A DNA stretch of 64,000 bases, taken from NCBI GenBank assembly GCA_964016885.1, contig OZ024743.1, positions 138,632,001-138,696,000 of the forward strand. Reading direction: 5' to 3'. This DNA is from Eledone cirrhosa. Lineage: Eukaryota. Within the stretch, counting starts at the first letter, position 1. Each line of letters begins with the position of its first letter. The notes beneath the pieces were generated by a model. That model saw nothing but the letters and a program-made list of their open reading frames with translations, did not search any database and was not told the origin of the DNA. This document shows, piece by piece, positions 24,024 to 35,500 of the stretch. The position numbers were made by a program, and so were the translations under genes.

Positions 24024-26364
24024 GGTGTTTGGTGCTTGGTGCTTGGTGTCTGGTTTTTGGTGCTTGGTGCTTGGTGTTTGGTGCTTGTTGCTGGCTGCTT
24101 GGTGTTTGGTGCTTGGTGATTGGTGCTTGGTGTTTGGTGCTTGGTGTTTGGTGTTTGGTGCTTGGTGTTTGTACTTGGTGTTTGGTGCTTGGTGTTTGGT
24201 GCTAGGTGCTTGTGTTTGGTGCTTGGTGCTTGGTGTTTGGTGCCTGGTGCGTGGTGTTTGGTGTTTGGTGTTTGGTGCTTGGTGCTTGGTGTTTGGTGTT
24301 TGCTGTTTGCTGTTTGGTGTTTGTTGTTTGGTGTTTGTTGTTTGGTGTTTGCTGTTTGGTGTTTGGTGTTTGCTTTTTGGTGTTTGGTGTTTGATGTATG
24401 TTGTTTGCTGTTTGGTGTTTGGTGTTTGGTGCTTGGTGCTTGGTGTTTGGTGCTTGGTGCTTGGTGTTTGGTGCCTGGTGCTTGGTGTTTGGTGTTTGGT
24501 GCTTGGTGCTTGGAGTTTGGTGTTTGGTGCTTGGTGCTTGGTGTTTCGTGTTTCGTGTTTGGTGCTTGGTGCTTGGTGCTTGGTCCTTGGTGTTTGGTGC
24601 TGGGTGCATTGTGTTTGGTGCTTGGTGCTTGGTGCTTGGTGCTTGGTGTTTGGTGCTTGGTGCTTGGTGTTTGGTGCCTGGTGCTTGGTGTTTGGTGTTT
24701 GGTGCTTGGTGCTTGGAGTTTGGTGTTTGGTGCTTGGTGCTTGGTGTTTCGTGTTTCGTGTTTGGTGCTTGGTGCTTGGTGCTTGGTCCTTGGTGTTTGG
24801 TGCTGGGTGCATTGTGCTTGGTGTTTTGTGTTTGGTGCTTGGTGGTTGGTGCTTGGTGTTTGGTGCTTGGTGCTTGGTGCTTGGTGTTTTGTGTTTGGTG
24901 CTTGGTGCTTGGTGTTTGGTGCTTGGTGCTGGGTGGTTGGTGTTTGGTGCTTGGTGTTTGGTGCTGGGTGCTTGGTGTTTGGTGCTGGGTGCTTGGTGTT
25001 TGGTGCTTGGTGCTTGGTGTTTGGTGCTTGGTGCTGGGTGGTTGGTGTTTGGTGCTTGGTGTTTGGTGCTGGGTGCTTGGTGTTTGGTGCTGGGTGCTTG
25101 GTGTTTGGTGCTTGGTGCTTGGTCTTTGGTGCTTGGTGTTTGGTGCTTGGTGCTTGGTGCTTGGTGTTTGGTGCTTGGTGCTTGGTGTTTGGTGCTTGGT
25201 GCTTGGTGTTTGGTTTTTGGTGCTTGGTGCTTGGTGTTTGGTGTTTGGTGCTTGCTGCTGGCTGCTTGGTGTTTGATGCATGGTGATTGGTGCTTGGTGT
25301 TTGGTGCTTGGTGTTTGGTGTTTGATGCTTGGTGCTTGGTGCTTGGTGTTTGGTGCTTGGTGCTTGGTGTTTGGTGCTTGGTGCTTGGTGTTTCGTGCTT
25401 GGTGTTTGGTGCTTGGTGTTTGGTGCTTGGTGCTTGGTGCTTGGTGCTTGGTGTTTGGTGGTTGGTGCTTGGTGCTTGGTGTTAGGTGTTTGGTGCTTGG
25501 TGCTTGGTGTTTGGTGTTTGGTGCTTGGTGTTTGGTGTTTGGTGCTTGGTGTTTGGTGCTTGGTACTTGGTGCTTGGTGCTTGGTGTTAGGTGTTTGGTG
25601 CTTGGTGCTTGGTGTCTGGTTTTTGGTGCTTGGTGCTTGGTGTTTGGTGTTTGGTGCTTGCTGCTGGCTGCTTGGTGTTTGGTGCTTGGTGATTGGTGCT
25701 TGGTGTTTGGTGTTTGGTGGTTGGTGATTGGTGTTTGTACTTGGTGCTTGGTGCTTGGTTCTTGGTGTTTGGTGCTTGGTGCTTGGTGTTTGGTGTTATA
25801 TGCTTGGTGTTTGATGCTTGGTGCTTGGTGCTTGGTGTTTGGTGTTTGGTGTTTGATGCTTGGTGCTTGGTGTTTGGTGCTTGGTGCTTGGTGTTTGTAC
25901 TTGGTGCTTGGTGCTTGGTGCTTGGTGTTTGGTGCTTGGTGCTTGGTGCTTGGTGCTTGGTCCTTGGTGCTTGGTGTTTGGTGGTTGGTGTTTGGTGCTT
26001 GGTGTTAGGTGTTTGGTGCTTGGTGCTTGGTGTTTGGTGTTTGGTGCTTGGTGCTTGGTGTTTGGTGCTTGGTGTTTGGTGCTTGGTACTTGGTGCTTGG
26101 TGCTTGGTGTTAGGTGTTTGGTGCTTGGTGTTTGGTGCTTGGTGTTTGGTGCTTGGTGTTTGGTGTTTGATGCTTGGTGCTTGGTGCTTGGTGTTTGGTG
26201 CTTGGTGCTTGGTGTTTGGTGCTTGGTGCTTGGTGTTTGGTTTTTGGTGCTTGGTGCTTGGTGTTTGGTGTTTGGTGCTTGCTGCTGGCTGCTTGGTGTT
26301 TGATGCATGGTGATTGGTGCTTGGTGTTTGGTGCTTGGTGTTTGGTGTTTGATGCTTGGTGCTT

Positions 26365-29300
26365 GGTGCTTGGTGTTTGGTGCTTGGTGCTTGGTGTTTG
26401 GTGCTTGGTGCTTGGTGTTTGGTGCTTGGTGTTTGGTGCTTGGTGTTTGGTGCTTGGTGCTTGGTGCTTGGTGCTTGGTGTTTGGTGGTTGGTGCTTGGT
26501 GCTTGGTGTTAGGTGTTTGGTGCTTGGTGCTTGGTGTTTGGTGTTTGGTGCTTGGTGTTTGGTGTTTGGTGCTTGGTGTTTGGTGCTTGGTACTTGGTGC
26601 TTGGTGCTTGGTGTTAGGTGTTTGGTGCTTGGTGCTTGGTGTCTGGTTTTTGGTGCTTGGTGCTTGGTGTTTGGTGTTTGGTGCTTGCTGCTGGCTGCTT
26701 GGTGTTTGGTGCTTGGTGATTGGTGCTTGGTGTTTGGTGCTTGGTGTTTGGTGTTTGGTGCTTGGTGATTGGTGTTTGTACTTGGTGCTTGGTGCTTGGT
26801 TCTTGGTGTTTGGTGCTTGGTGCTTGGTGTTTGGTGTTATATGCTTGGTGTTTGATGCTTGGTGCTTGGTGCTTGGTGTATGGTGTTTGGTGTTTGATGC
26901 TTGGTGCTTGGTGTTTGGTGCTTGGTGCTTGGTGTTTGTACTTGGTGCTTGGTGCTTGGTGCTTGGTGTTTGGTGCTTGGTGCTTGGTGCTTGGTCCTTG
27001 GTGCTTGGTGTTTGGTGGTTGGTGTTTGGTGCTTGGTGTTAGGTGTTTGGTGCTTGGTGCTTGGTGTTTGGTGTTTGGTGCTTGGTGTTTGGTGTTTGGT
27101 GCTTGGTATTTGGTGCTTGGTACTTGGTGCTTGGTGCTTGGTGTTAGGTGTTTGGTGCTTGGTGTTTGGTGCTTGGTGTTTGGTGCTTGGTGTTTGGTGC
27201 TTGGTGTTAGGTGTTTGGTGCTTGGTGCTTGGTGTTTGGTGTTTGGTGCTTGGTGTTTGGTGTTTGGTGCTTGGTGTTTGGTGCTTTTTGCTTGGTGCTT
27301 GGTGCTTGGTGTTTGGTGCTGGGTGCTTGGTGCTTGGTGTTTGGTGTTATATGCTTGGTGTTTGATGCTTGGTGCTTGGTGCTTGGTGTTTGGTGTTTGG
27401 TGCTTGGTGTTTGATGCTTGGTGCTTGGTGCTTGGTGTTTGGTGCTTGGTGCTTGGTGTTTGGTGCTTGGTGCTTGGTGTTTGGTGCTTGGTGTTTGGTG
27501 CTTGGTGTTTGGTGCTTGGTGCTTGGTGCTTGGTGCTTGGTGTTTGGTGGTTGGTGCTTGGTGCTTGGTGTTAGGTGTTTGGTGCTTGGTGCTTGGTGTT
27601 TGGTGCTTGTTGCTGGCTGCTTGGTGTTTGGTGCTTGGTGATTGGTGCTTGGTGTTTGGTGCTTGGTGTTTGGTGTTTGGTGCTTGGTGTTTGTACTTGG
27701 TGTTTGGTGCTTGGTGTTTGGTGCTAGGTGCTTGGTGTTTGGTGCTTGGTGCTTGGTGTTTGGTGCCTGGTGCTTGGTGTTTGGTGTTTGGTGTTTGGTG
27801 CTTGGTGCTTGGTGTTTGGTGTTTGCTGTTTGCTGTTTGGTGTTTGTTGTTTGGTGTTTGTTGTTTGGTGTTTGCTGTTTGGTGTTTGGTGTTTGCTTTT
27901 TGGTGTTTGGTGTTTGATGTATGTTGTTTGCTGTTTGGTGTTTGGTGTTTGGTGCTTGGTGCTTGGTGTTTGGTGCTTGGTGCTTGGTGTTTGGTGCCTG
28001 GTGCTTCCTGTTTGGTGTTTGGTGCTTGGTGCTTGGAGTTTGGTGTTTGGTGCTTGGTGCTTGGTGTTTCGTGTTTCGTGTTTGGTGCTTGGTGTTTGGT
28101 GCTTGGTACTTGGTGCTTGGTGCTTGGTGTTAGGTGTTTGGTGCTTGGTGTTTGGTGCTTGGTGTTTGATGCTTGGTGCTTGGTGCTTGGTGTTTGGTGT
28201 TTGGTGCTTGGTGTTTGATGCTTGGTGCTTGGTGCTTGGAGTTTGGTGTTTGGTGCTTGGTGCTTGGTGTTTCGTGTTTCGTGTTTGGTGCTTGGTGCTT
28301 GGTGCTTGGTCCTTGGTGTTTGGTGCTGGGTGCATGGTGCTTGGTGTTTTGTGTTTGGTGCTTGGTGGTTGGTGCTTGGTGTTTGGTGCTTGGTGCTTGG
28401 TGCTTGGTGTTTTTTGTTTGGTGCTTGGTGCTTGGTGTTTGGTGCTTGGTGCTGGGTGGTTGGTGTTTGGTGCTTGGTGTTTGGTGCTGGGTGCTTGGTG
28501 TTTGGTGCTGGGTGCTTGGTGTTTGGTGCTTGGTGCTTGGTGTTTGGTGCTTGGTGCTGGGTGGTTGGTGTTTGGTGCTTGGTGTTTGCTGCTGGGTGCT
28601 TGGTGTTTGGTGCTGGGTGCTTGGTGTTTGGTGCTTGGTGCTTGGTCTTTGGTGCTTGGTGTTTGGTGCTTGGTGCTTGGTGCTTGGTGTTTGGTGCTTG
28701 GTGCTTGGTGTTTGGTGCTTGGTGCTTGGTGTTTGGTTTTTGGTGCTTGGTGCTTGGTGTTTGGTGTTTGGTGCTTGCTGCTGGCTGCTTGGTGTTTGAT
28801 GCATGGTGATTGGTGCTTGGTGTTTGGTGCTTGGTGTTTGGTGTTTGATGCTTGGTGCTTGGTGCTTGGTGTTTGGTGCTTGGTGCTTGGTGTTTGGTGC
28901 TTGGTGCTTGGTGTTTCGTGCTTGGTGTTTGGTGCTTGGTGTTTGGTGCTTGGTGCTTGGTGCTTGGTGCTTGGTGTTTGGTGGTTGGTGCTTGGTGCTT
29001 GGTGTTAGGTGTTTGGTGCTTGGTGCTTGGTGTTTGGTGTTTGGTGCTTGGTGTTTGGTGTTTGGTGCTTGGTGTTTGGTGCTTGGTACTTGGTGCTTGG
29101 TGCTTGGTGTTAGGTGTTTGGTGCTTGGTGCTTGGTGTCTGGTTTTTGGTGCTTGGTGCTTGGTGTTTGGTGTTTGGTGCTTGCTGCTGGCTGCTTGGTG
29201 TTTGGTGCTTGGTATTGGTGCTTGGTGTTTGGTGCTTGGTGTTTGGTGTTTGGTGCTTGGTCATTGGTGTTTGTACTTGGTGCTTGGTGCTTGGTTCTTG

Positions 29301-30720
29301 GTGTTTGGTGCTTGGTGCTTGGTGTTTGGTGTTATATGCTTGGTGTTTGATGCTTGGTGCTTGGTGCTTGGTGTTTGGTGTTTGGTGTTTGATGCTTGGT
29401 GCTTGGTGTTTGGTGCTTGGTGCTTGGTGTTTGTACTTGGTGCTTGGTGCTTGGTGCTTGGTGTTTGGTGCTTGGTGCTTGGTGCTTGGTGCTTGGTCCT
29501 TGGTGCTTGGTGTTTGGTGGTTGGTGTTTGGTGCTTGGTGTTAGGTGTTTGGTGCTTGGTGCTTGGTGTTTGGTGTTTGGTGCTTGGTGTTTGGTGTTTG
29601 GTGCTTGGTGTTTGGTGCTTGGTACTTGGTGCTTGGTGCTTGGTGTTAGGTGTTTGGTGCTTGGTGTTTGGTGCTTGGTGTTTGGTGCTTGGTGCTTGGT
29701 GCTTGGTGCTTGGTGTTTGGTGGTTGGTGTTTGGTGCTTGGTGTTTGGTGCTTGGTGTTAGGTGTTTGGTGCTTGGTGCTTGGTGTTTGGTGTTTGGTGC
29801 TTGGTGTTTGGTGTTTGGTGCTTGGTGTTTGGTGCTTTTTGCTTGGTGCTTGGTGCTTGGTGTTTGGTGCTGGGTGCTTGGTGCTTGGTGTTTGGTGTTA
29901 TATGCTTGGTGTTTGATGCTTGGTGCTTGGTGCTTGGTGTTTGGTGTTTGGTGCTTGGTGTTTGATGCTTGGTGCTTGGTGCTTGGTGTTTGGTGCTTGG
30001 TGCTTGGTGTTTGGTGCTTGGTGCTTCGTGTTTGGTGCTTGGTGTTTGGTGCTTGGTGCTTGGTGTTTGGTGGTTGGTGCTTGGTGCTTGGTGTTAGGTG
30101 TTTGGTGCTTGGTGCTTGGTGTCTGGTTTTTGGTGCTTGGTGCTTGGTGTTTGGTGCTTGTTGCTGGCTGCTTGGTGTTTGGTGCTTGGTGATTGGTGCT
30201 TGGTGTTTGGTGCTTGGTGTTTGGTGTTTGGTGCTTGGTGTTTGTACTTGGTGTTTGGTGCTTGGTGTTTGGTGCTAGGTGCTTGGTGTTTGGTGCTTGG
30301 TGCTTGGTGTTTGGTGCCTGGTGCTTGGTGTTTGGTGTTTGGTGTTTGGTGCTTGGTGCTTGGTGTTTGGTGTTTGCTGTTTGCTGTTTGGTGTTTGTTG
30401 TTTGGTGTTTGTTGTTTGGTGTTTGCTGTTTGGTGTTTGGTGTTTGCTTTTTGGTGTTTGGTGTTTGATGTATGTTGTTTGCTGTTTGGTGTTTGGTGTT
30501 TGGTGTTTGGTGCTTGGTGCTTGGTGTTTGGTGCTTGGTGCTTGGTGTTTGGTGCCTGGTGCTTGGTGCATGGTGCTTGGTGTTTGGTGTTTGGTGCTTG
30601 GTGCTTGGAGTTTGGTGTTTGGTGCTTGGTGCTTGGTGTTTCGTGTTTCGTGTTTGGTTTTTGGTGCTTGGTGCTTGGTGCTTGGTCCTTGGTGTTTGGT
30701 GCTGGGTGCATTGTGTTTGG
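26365..30720. repeat. Further, more diverged copies of the 14-19 kb higher-order unit
   Basis: Near-identical translations at 16018/26720, 14276/27642/30193 and 18150/28803. The GGTGTAT variant (~16177, 20386, 23315, 26879) and the GATGTATGTTG variant are shared. Confidence 0.8.
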
Positions 30721-32529
30721 TGCTTGGCGCTTGGTGCTTGGTGCTTGGTGCTTGGTGCTTGGTGTTTGTACTTGGTGCTTGGTGATTGGTGTTTGGTTCT
30801 TGGTTCTTGGTGTTTGGTGTTTGGCGTTTGGTGTTTGGTGCTTGGTGCTTGGTGTTTGGTGCTTGGTGCTTGGTGTTTGGTGCCTGGTGCTTGGTGCTTG
30901 GTGTTTGGTGTTTGGTGCTTGGTGCTTGGTGCTTGGAGTTTGGTGTTTGGTGCTTGGTGCTTTGTGTTTTGTGTTTGGTGTTTGGTTTTTGGTGCTTGGT
31001 GCTTGGTCCTTGGTGTTTGGTGCTGGGTGCTTTGTGTTTGGTGCTTGGTGCTTGGTGTTTGGTGTTTGCTGCTTGGTGTTTGATGCTTGGTGCTTGGTGT
31101 TTTGTGTTTGGTGCTTGGTTCTTGGTGTTTGGTGCTTGGTGCTTGGTACTTTGTGTTTGTACTTGGTGCTTGGTGCTTGGTGTTTGGTTCTTGGTTCTTG
31201 GTGTTTGGTACTTGGTGCTTGGTGCTTGATGTTTGGTGTTTGGTGCTTGGTGTTTGGTGCTTGGTGCTTGGTGCTTGGTGTTAGGTGTTTGGTGCTTGGT
31301 CCTTGGTGTTTGGTGCTTGGTGTTTGGTGTTTGCTGTTTGGTGTTTGGTGTTTCGTGTATGGTGTTTGCTGTTTGGTGTCTGCTTTTTGGTTTTTAGTGT
31401 TTGCTGTATGGTGTTTGGTGTTTGCTGTTTGGTGTTTGGTCTTTGGTGCTTGGTGTTTGGTGCTTGGTGCTTGGTGTTTGGTGTTTGGTGCTTGGTGCTT
31501 GGTGTTTGGTGTTTGGTGCTTGGTGTTTGGTGTTTGGTGCTTGGTGTCTGGTGCTTGGTGTTTGGTTTTTGGTGTTTGGTGTTTAGTGTTTGGTGCTTGG
31601 TGTTTGGTGTTTGGTGTTTGGTGCTTGGTGCTTGGTGTTTGGTGTTTGGTGTTTGGTGCTTGGTGTCTGGTGCTTGGTGTTTGGTGTTTGGTGCTTGGTG
31701 TTTGGTGTTTGGTGTTTGGTGCTTGGTGTCTGGTGCTTGGTGTTTGGTGTTTGGTGCTTGGTGTTTGGTGTTTGGTGTTTGGTGCTTGGTGCTTGGTGCT
31801 TGGTGTTTGGTGTTTGGTGCTTGGTGCTTGGTGTTTGGTGCTTGGTGCTGGGTGGTTGGTGTTTGGTGCTTGGTGTTAGGTGCTGGGTGCTTGGTGTTTG
31901 GTGCTGGGTGCTTGGAATTTGGTGCTTGGTGCTTGGTCTTTGGTGCTTGGTGTTTGGTGCTTGGTGCTTGGTGTTTGGTGCTTGGTGCTTGGTGTTTGGT
32001 GCTTGGTGCTTGGTGTTTGGTTTTTGGTGCTTGGTGCTTGGTGTTTGGTGTTTGGTGCTTGCTGCTGGCTGCTTGGTGTTTGATGCATGGTGATTGGTGC
32101 TTGCTGTTTGGTGCTTGGTGTTTGGTGTTTGATGCTTGGTGCTTGGTGCTTGGTGTTTGGTGCTTGGTGCTTGGTGCTTGGTGTTTGGTGCTTGGTGTTT
32201 GGTGCTTGGTGTTTGGTGCTTGGTGCTTGGTGCTTGGTGTTTGGTGGTTGGTGCTTGGTGCTTGGTGTTAGGTGTTTGGTGCTTGGTGCTTGCTGGTTGG
32301 TATTTGGTGCTTGGTGTTTGGTGCTGGGTGCTTGGTTTTTGGTGCTGGGTGCTTGGTGTTTGGTGCTTGGTGCTTGTTCTTTGGTGCTTTGTGTTTGGTG
32401 TTTGGTGCTTGGTGCTTGGTGTTTGGTGTTTGGTGCTTGGTGTTTGGTGCTTGGTGCTTGGTGTTTGGTTTTTGGTGCTTGGTGTTTGGTGTTTGGTGTT
32501 TGGTGCTTGCTGCTGGCTGCTTGGTGTTT

Positions 32530-35500
32530 GATGCATGGTGATTTGTGCTTGGTGTTTGGTGCTTGGTGTTTGGTGTTTGATGCTTGGTGCTTGGTGTTTG
32601 GTGTTTGATGCTTGGTGCTTGGTGCTTGGTGTTTGGTGCTTGGTGTTTGGTGTTTGGTGCTTGGTCATTGGTGTTTCTACTTGGTGCTTGGTGCTTGGTT
32701 CTTGGTGTTTGGTGCTTGGTGCTTGGTGTTTGGTGTTATATGCTTGGTGTTTGATGCTTGGTGCTTGGTGCTTGGTGTTTGGTGTTTGGTGTTAGATGCT
32801 TGGTGCTTGGTGTTTGGTGCTTGGTGCTTGGTGTTTGTACTTGGTGCTTGGTGCTTGGTGCTTGGTGTTTGGTGCTTGGTATTTGGTGCTTGGTGCTTGG
32901 TGCTTGGTCCTTGGTGCTTGGTGTTTGGTGGTTGGTGTTTGGTGGTTGGTGTTAGGTGTTTGGTGCTTGGTGCTTGGTGTTTGGTGTTTGGTGCTTGGTG
33001 TTTGGTGTTTGGTGCTTGGTGTTTGGTGCTTGGTACTTGGTGCTTGGTGCTTGGTGTTAGGTGTTTGGTGCTTGGTGTTTGGTGCTTGGTGTTTGGTGCT
33101 TGGTGCTTGGTGCTTGGTGCTTGGTGTTTGGTGGTTGGTGTTTGGTGCTTGGTGTTTGGTGCTTGGTGTTACGTGTTTGGTGCTTGGTGCTTGGTGTTTG
33201 GTGTTTGGTGCTTGGTGTTTGGTGTTTGGTGCTTGGTGTTTGGTGCTTTTTGCTTGGTGCTTGGTGCTTGGTGTTTGGTGCTGGGTGCTTGGTGCTTGGT
33301 GTTTGGTGTTATATGCTTGGTGTTTGATGCTTGGTGCTTGGTGCTTGGTGTTTGGTGTTTGGTGCTTGGTGTTTGATGCTTGGTGTTTGGTGCTTGGTGT
33401 TTGGTGCTTGGTGCTTGGTGTTTGGTGCTTGGTGCTTGGTGTTTGGTGCTTGGTGTTTGGTGCTTGGTGTTTGGTGCTTGGTGCTTGGTGCTTGGTGCTT
33501 GGTGTTTGGTGTTTGGTGCTTGGTGTTTGGTGCTTGGTACTTGGTGCTTGGTGCTTGGTGTTAGGTGTTTGGTGCTTGGTGCTTGGTGCTTGGTGTCTGG
33601 TTTTTGGTGCTTGGTGGTGGTGTTTGGTGCTTGCTGCTGGCTGCTTGGTGTTTGGTGCTTGGTGATTGGTGCTTGGTGTTTGGTGTTTGGTGCTAGGTGC
33701 TTGGTGTTTGGTGCTTGGTGCTTGGTGTTTGTACTTGGTGCTTGGTGCTTGGTTCTTGGTGTTTGGTGCTTCGTGCTTGGTGTTTGGTGCTTGGTGCTTG
33801 GTGTTTGGTGCTTGGTGTTTGGTGCTTGGTGTTTGGTGCTTGGTGCTTGGTGCTTGGTGTTTGGTGCTTGGTGTTTGGTGCTTGGTGTTAGGTGTTTGGT
33901 GCTTGGTGCTTGGTGTTTGGTGTTTGGTGCTTGGTGTTTGGTGTTTGGTGTTATATGCTTGGTGTTTGATGCTTGGTGCTTGGTGCTTGGTGTTTGGCGC
34001 TTGGTGTTTGATGCTTGGTGCTTGGTGCTTGGTGTTTGGTGCTTGGTGCTTGGTGTTTGTACTTGGTGCTTGGTGCTTGGTTCTTGGTGTTTGGTGCTTG
34101 GTGTTTGGTGTTTGGTGCTTGGTGTTTGGTGTTTGGTGTTATATGCTTGGTGTTTGATGCTTGGTGCTTGGTGCTTGGTGTTTGGTGCTTGGTGTTTGAT
34201 GCTTGGTGCTTGGTGCTTGGTGTTTGGTGCTTGGTGCTTGGTGTTTGTACTTGGTGCTTGGTGCTTGGTTTTTGGTGTTTGGTACTTGGTGCTTGGTGTT
34301 TGGTGCTTGGTGCTTGGTGTTTGGTGCTTGGTGTTTGGTGCTTGGTGTTTGGTGCTTGGTGCTTGGTGCTTAGTGCTTGGTGTTTGGTGTTTGGTGTTAG
34401 GTGTTTGGTGCTTGGTGCTTGGTGTTTGGTGTTTGGTGCTTGGTGTTTGGTGCTTGGTGTTTGGTGTTAGGTGTTTGGTGCTTGGTGTTTGGTGTTTGGT
34501 GCTTGGTGTTTGGTGCTTGGTGTTTGGTGCTTGATGTTTGGTGCTTGATACTTGGTGCTTGGTGCTTCGTGTTAGGTGTTTGGTGCTTGGTGCTTGGTGT
34601 TTGGTTTTTGGTGCTTGGTGCTTGGTGTTTGGTGTTTGGTGCTTGCTGCTGGCTGCTTGGTGTTTGATGCTTGGTGATTGGTGCTTGGTGTTTTGTGCTT
34701 GGTGTTAGGTGTTTGGTGCTTGGTGCTTGGTGTTTGGTTTTTGGTGCTTGGTGCTAGGTGCTTGGTGTTTGGTGCTTGGTGCTTGGTGCTTGGTGTTTGG
34801 TGTTTGGTTTTAGGTGCTTGGTGCTTGGTGTTTGGTGCTTGGTGCTGGGTGGTTGGTGTTTAGTGCTTGGTGTTTGGTGCTGGGTGCTTGGTGTTTGGTG
34901 CTTGGTGCTTGGTCTTTGGTGCTTGGTGTTTGGTGTTTGGTGCTTGGTGCTTGGTGCTTGGTGTTTGGTGCTTGGTGCTTGGTGTTTGGTGCTTGGTGCT
35001 TAGTGTTTGGTGCTTGGTGCTTAGTGTTTGGTGTTTGGTGCTTGGTGCTTGGTGCTTGGTGCTTGGTGTTTGGTGTTTGCTGTTTGCTGTTTGGTGTTTG
35101 TTGTTTGGTGTTTGTTGTTTGGTGTTTGCTGTTTGGTGTTTGGTGTTTGCTTTTTGGTGTTTGGTGTTTGATGTATGTTGTTTGGTGTTTGGTGTTTGGT
35201 GTTTGGTGTTTGGTGCTTGTTGCTTGGTGTTTGGTGCTTGGTGCTTGGTGTTTGGTGCCTGGTGCTTGGTGCTTGGTGCTTGGTGTTTGGTGTTTGGTGC
35301 TTGGTGCTTGGAGTTTGGTGTTTGGTGCTTGGTGCTTGGTGTTTCGTGTTTCGTGTTTGGTTTTTGGTGCTTGGTGCTTGGTGCTTGGTCCTTGGTGTTT
35401 GGTGCTGGGTGCATTGTGTTTGGTGCTTGGTGCTTGGTGCTTGGTGTTTGGTGTTTGCTGCTTGGTGTTTGATGCTTGGTGCTTGGTGGTTGGTGTTTTG

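Larger units (their letters stand above)
15026..26364. repeat. Tandem duplication, period 4209 bp (copy A 15026-19234; copy B 19235-26364, lengthened by the nested 2929-bp duplication)
   Basis: Offsets of 4209 (15388/19597, 16018/20227) and 7138 to 7130 = 4209+2929 less small indels (16887/24025, 17261/24398, 18150/25280). The rare GCTACTG monomer occurs at ~15544, ~19753 and ~22682. Confidence 0.9.

Noticed and set aside
27207-29264. Long minus-strand ORFs (685 aa here; also 4026-5891, 11091-12956, 43647-45494, 47748-49526) encoding (P-S/N-T-K-H-Q-A/T)n, superficially mucin-like or heptad-repeat proteins
   Set aside because: The minus strand has almost no T, so stop codons are intrinsically rare. 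All three frames give the same heptad and overlap one another. There is no non-repetitive domain, and stops and 1-bp frameshifts occur without regard to frame.
30098-31879. Long plus-strand hydrophobic ORFs (V-L/F-G-A/V-W-C-L)n resembling membrane proteins
   Set aside because: The plus strand nearly lacks A, so stops are rare. Starts are mostly TTG/GTG from the repeat, and every frame gives the same peptide. This is a pure satellite translation artefact.
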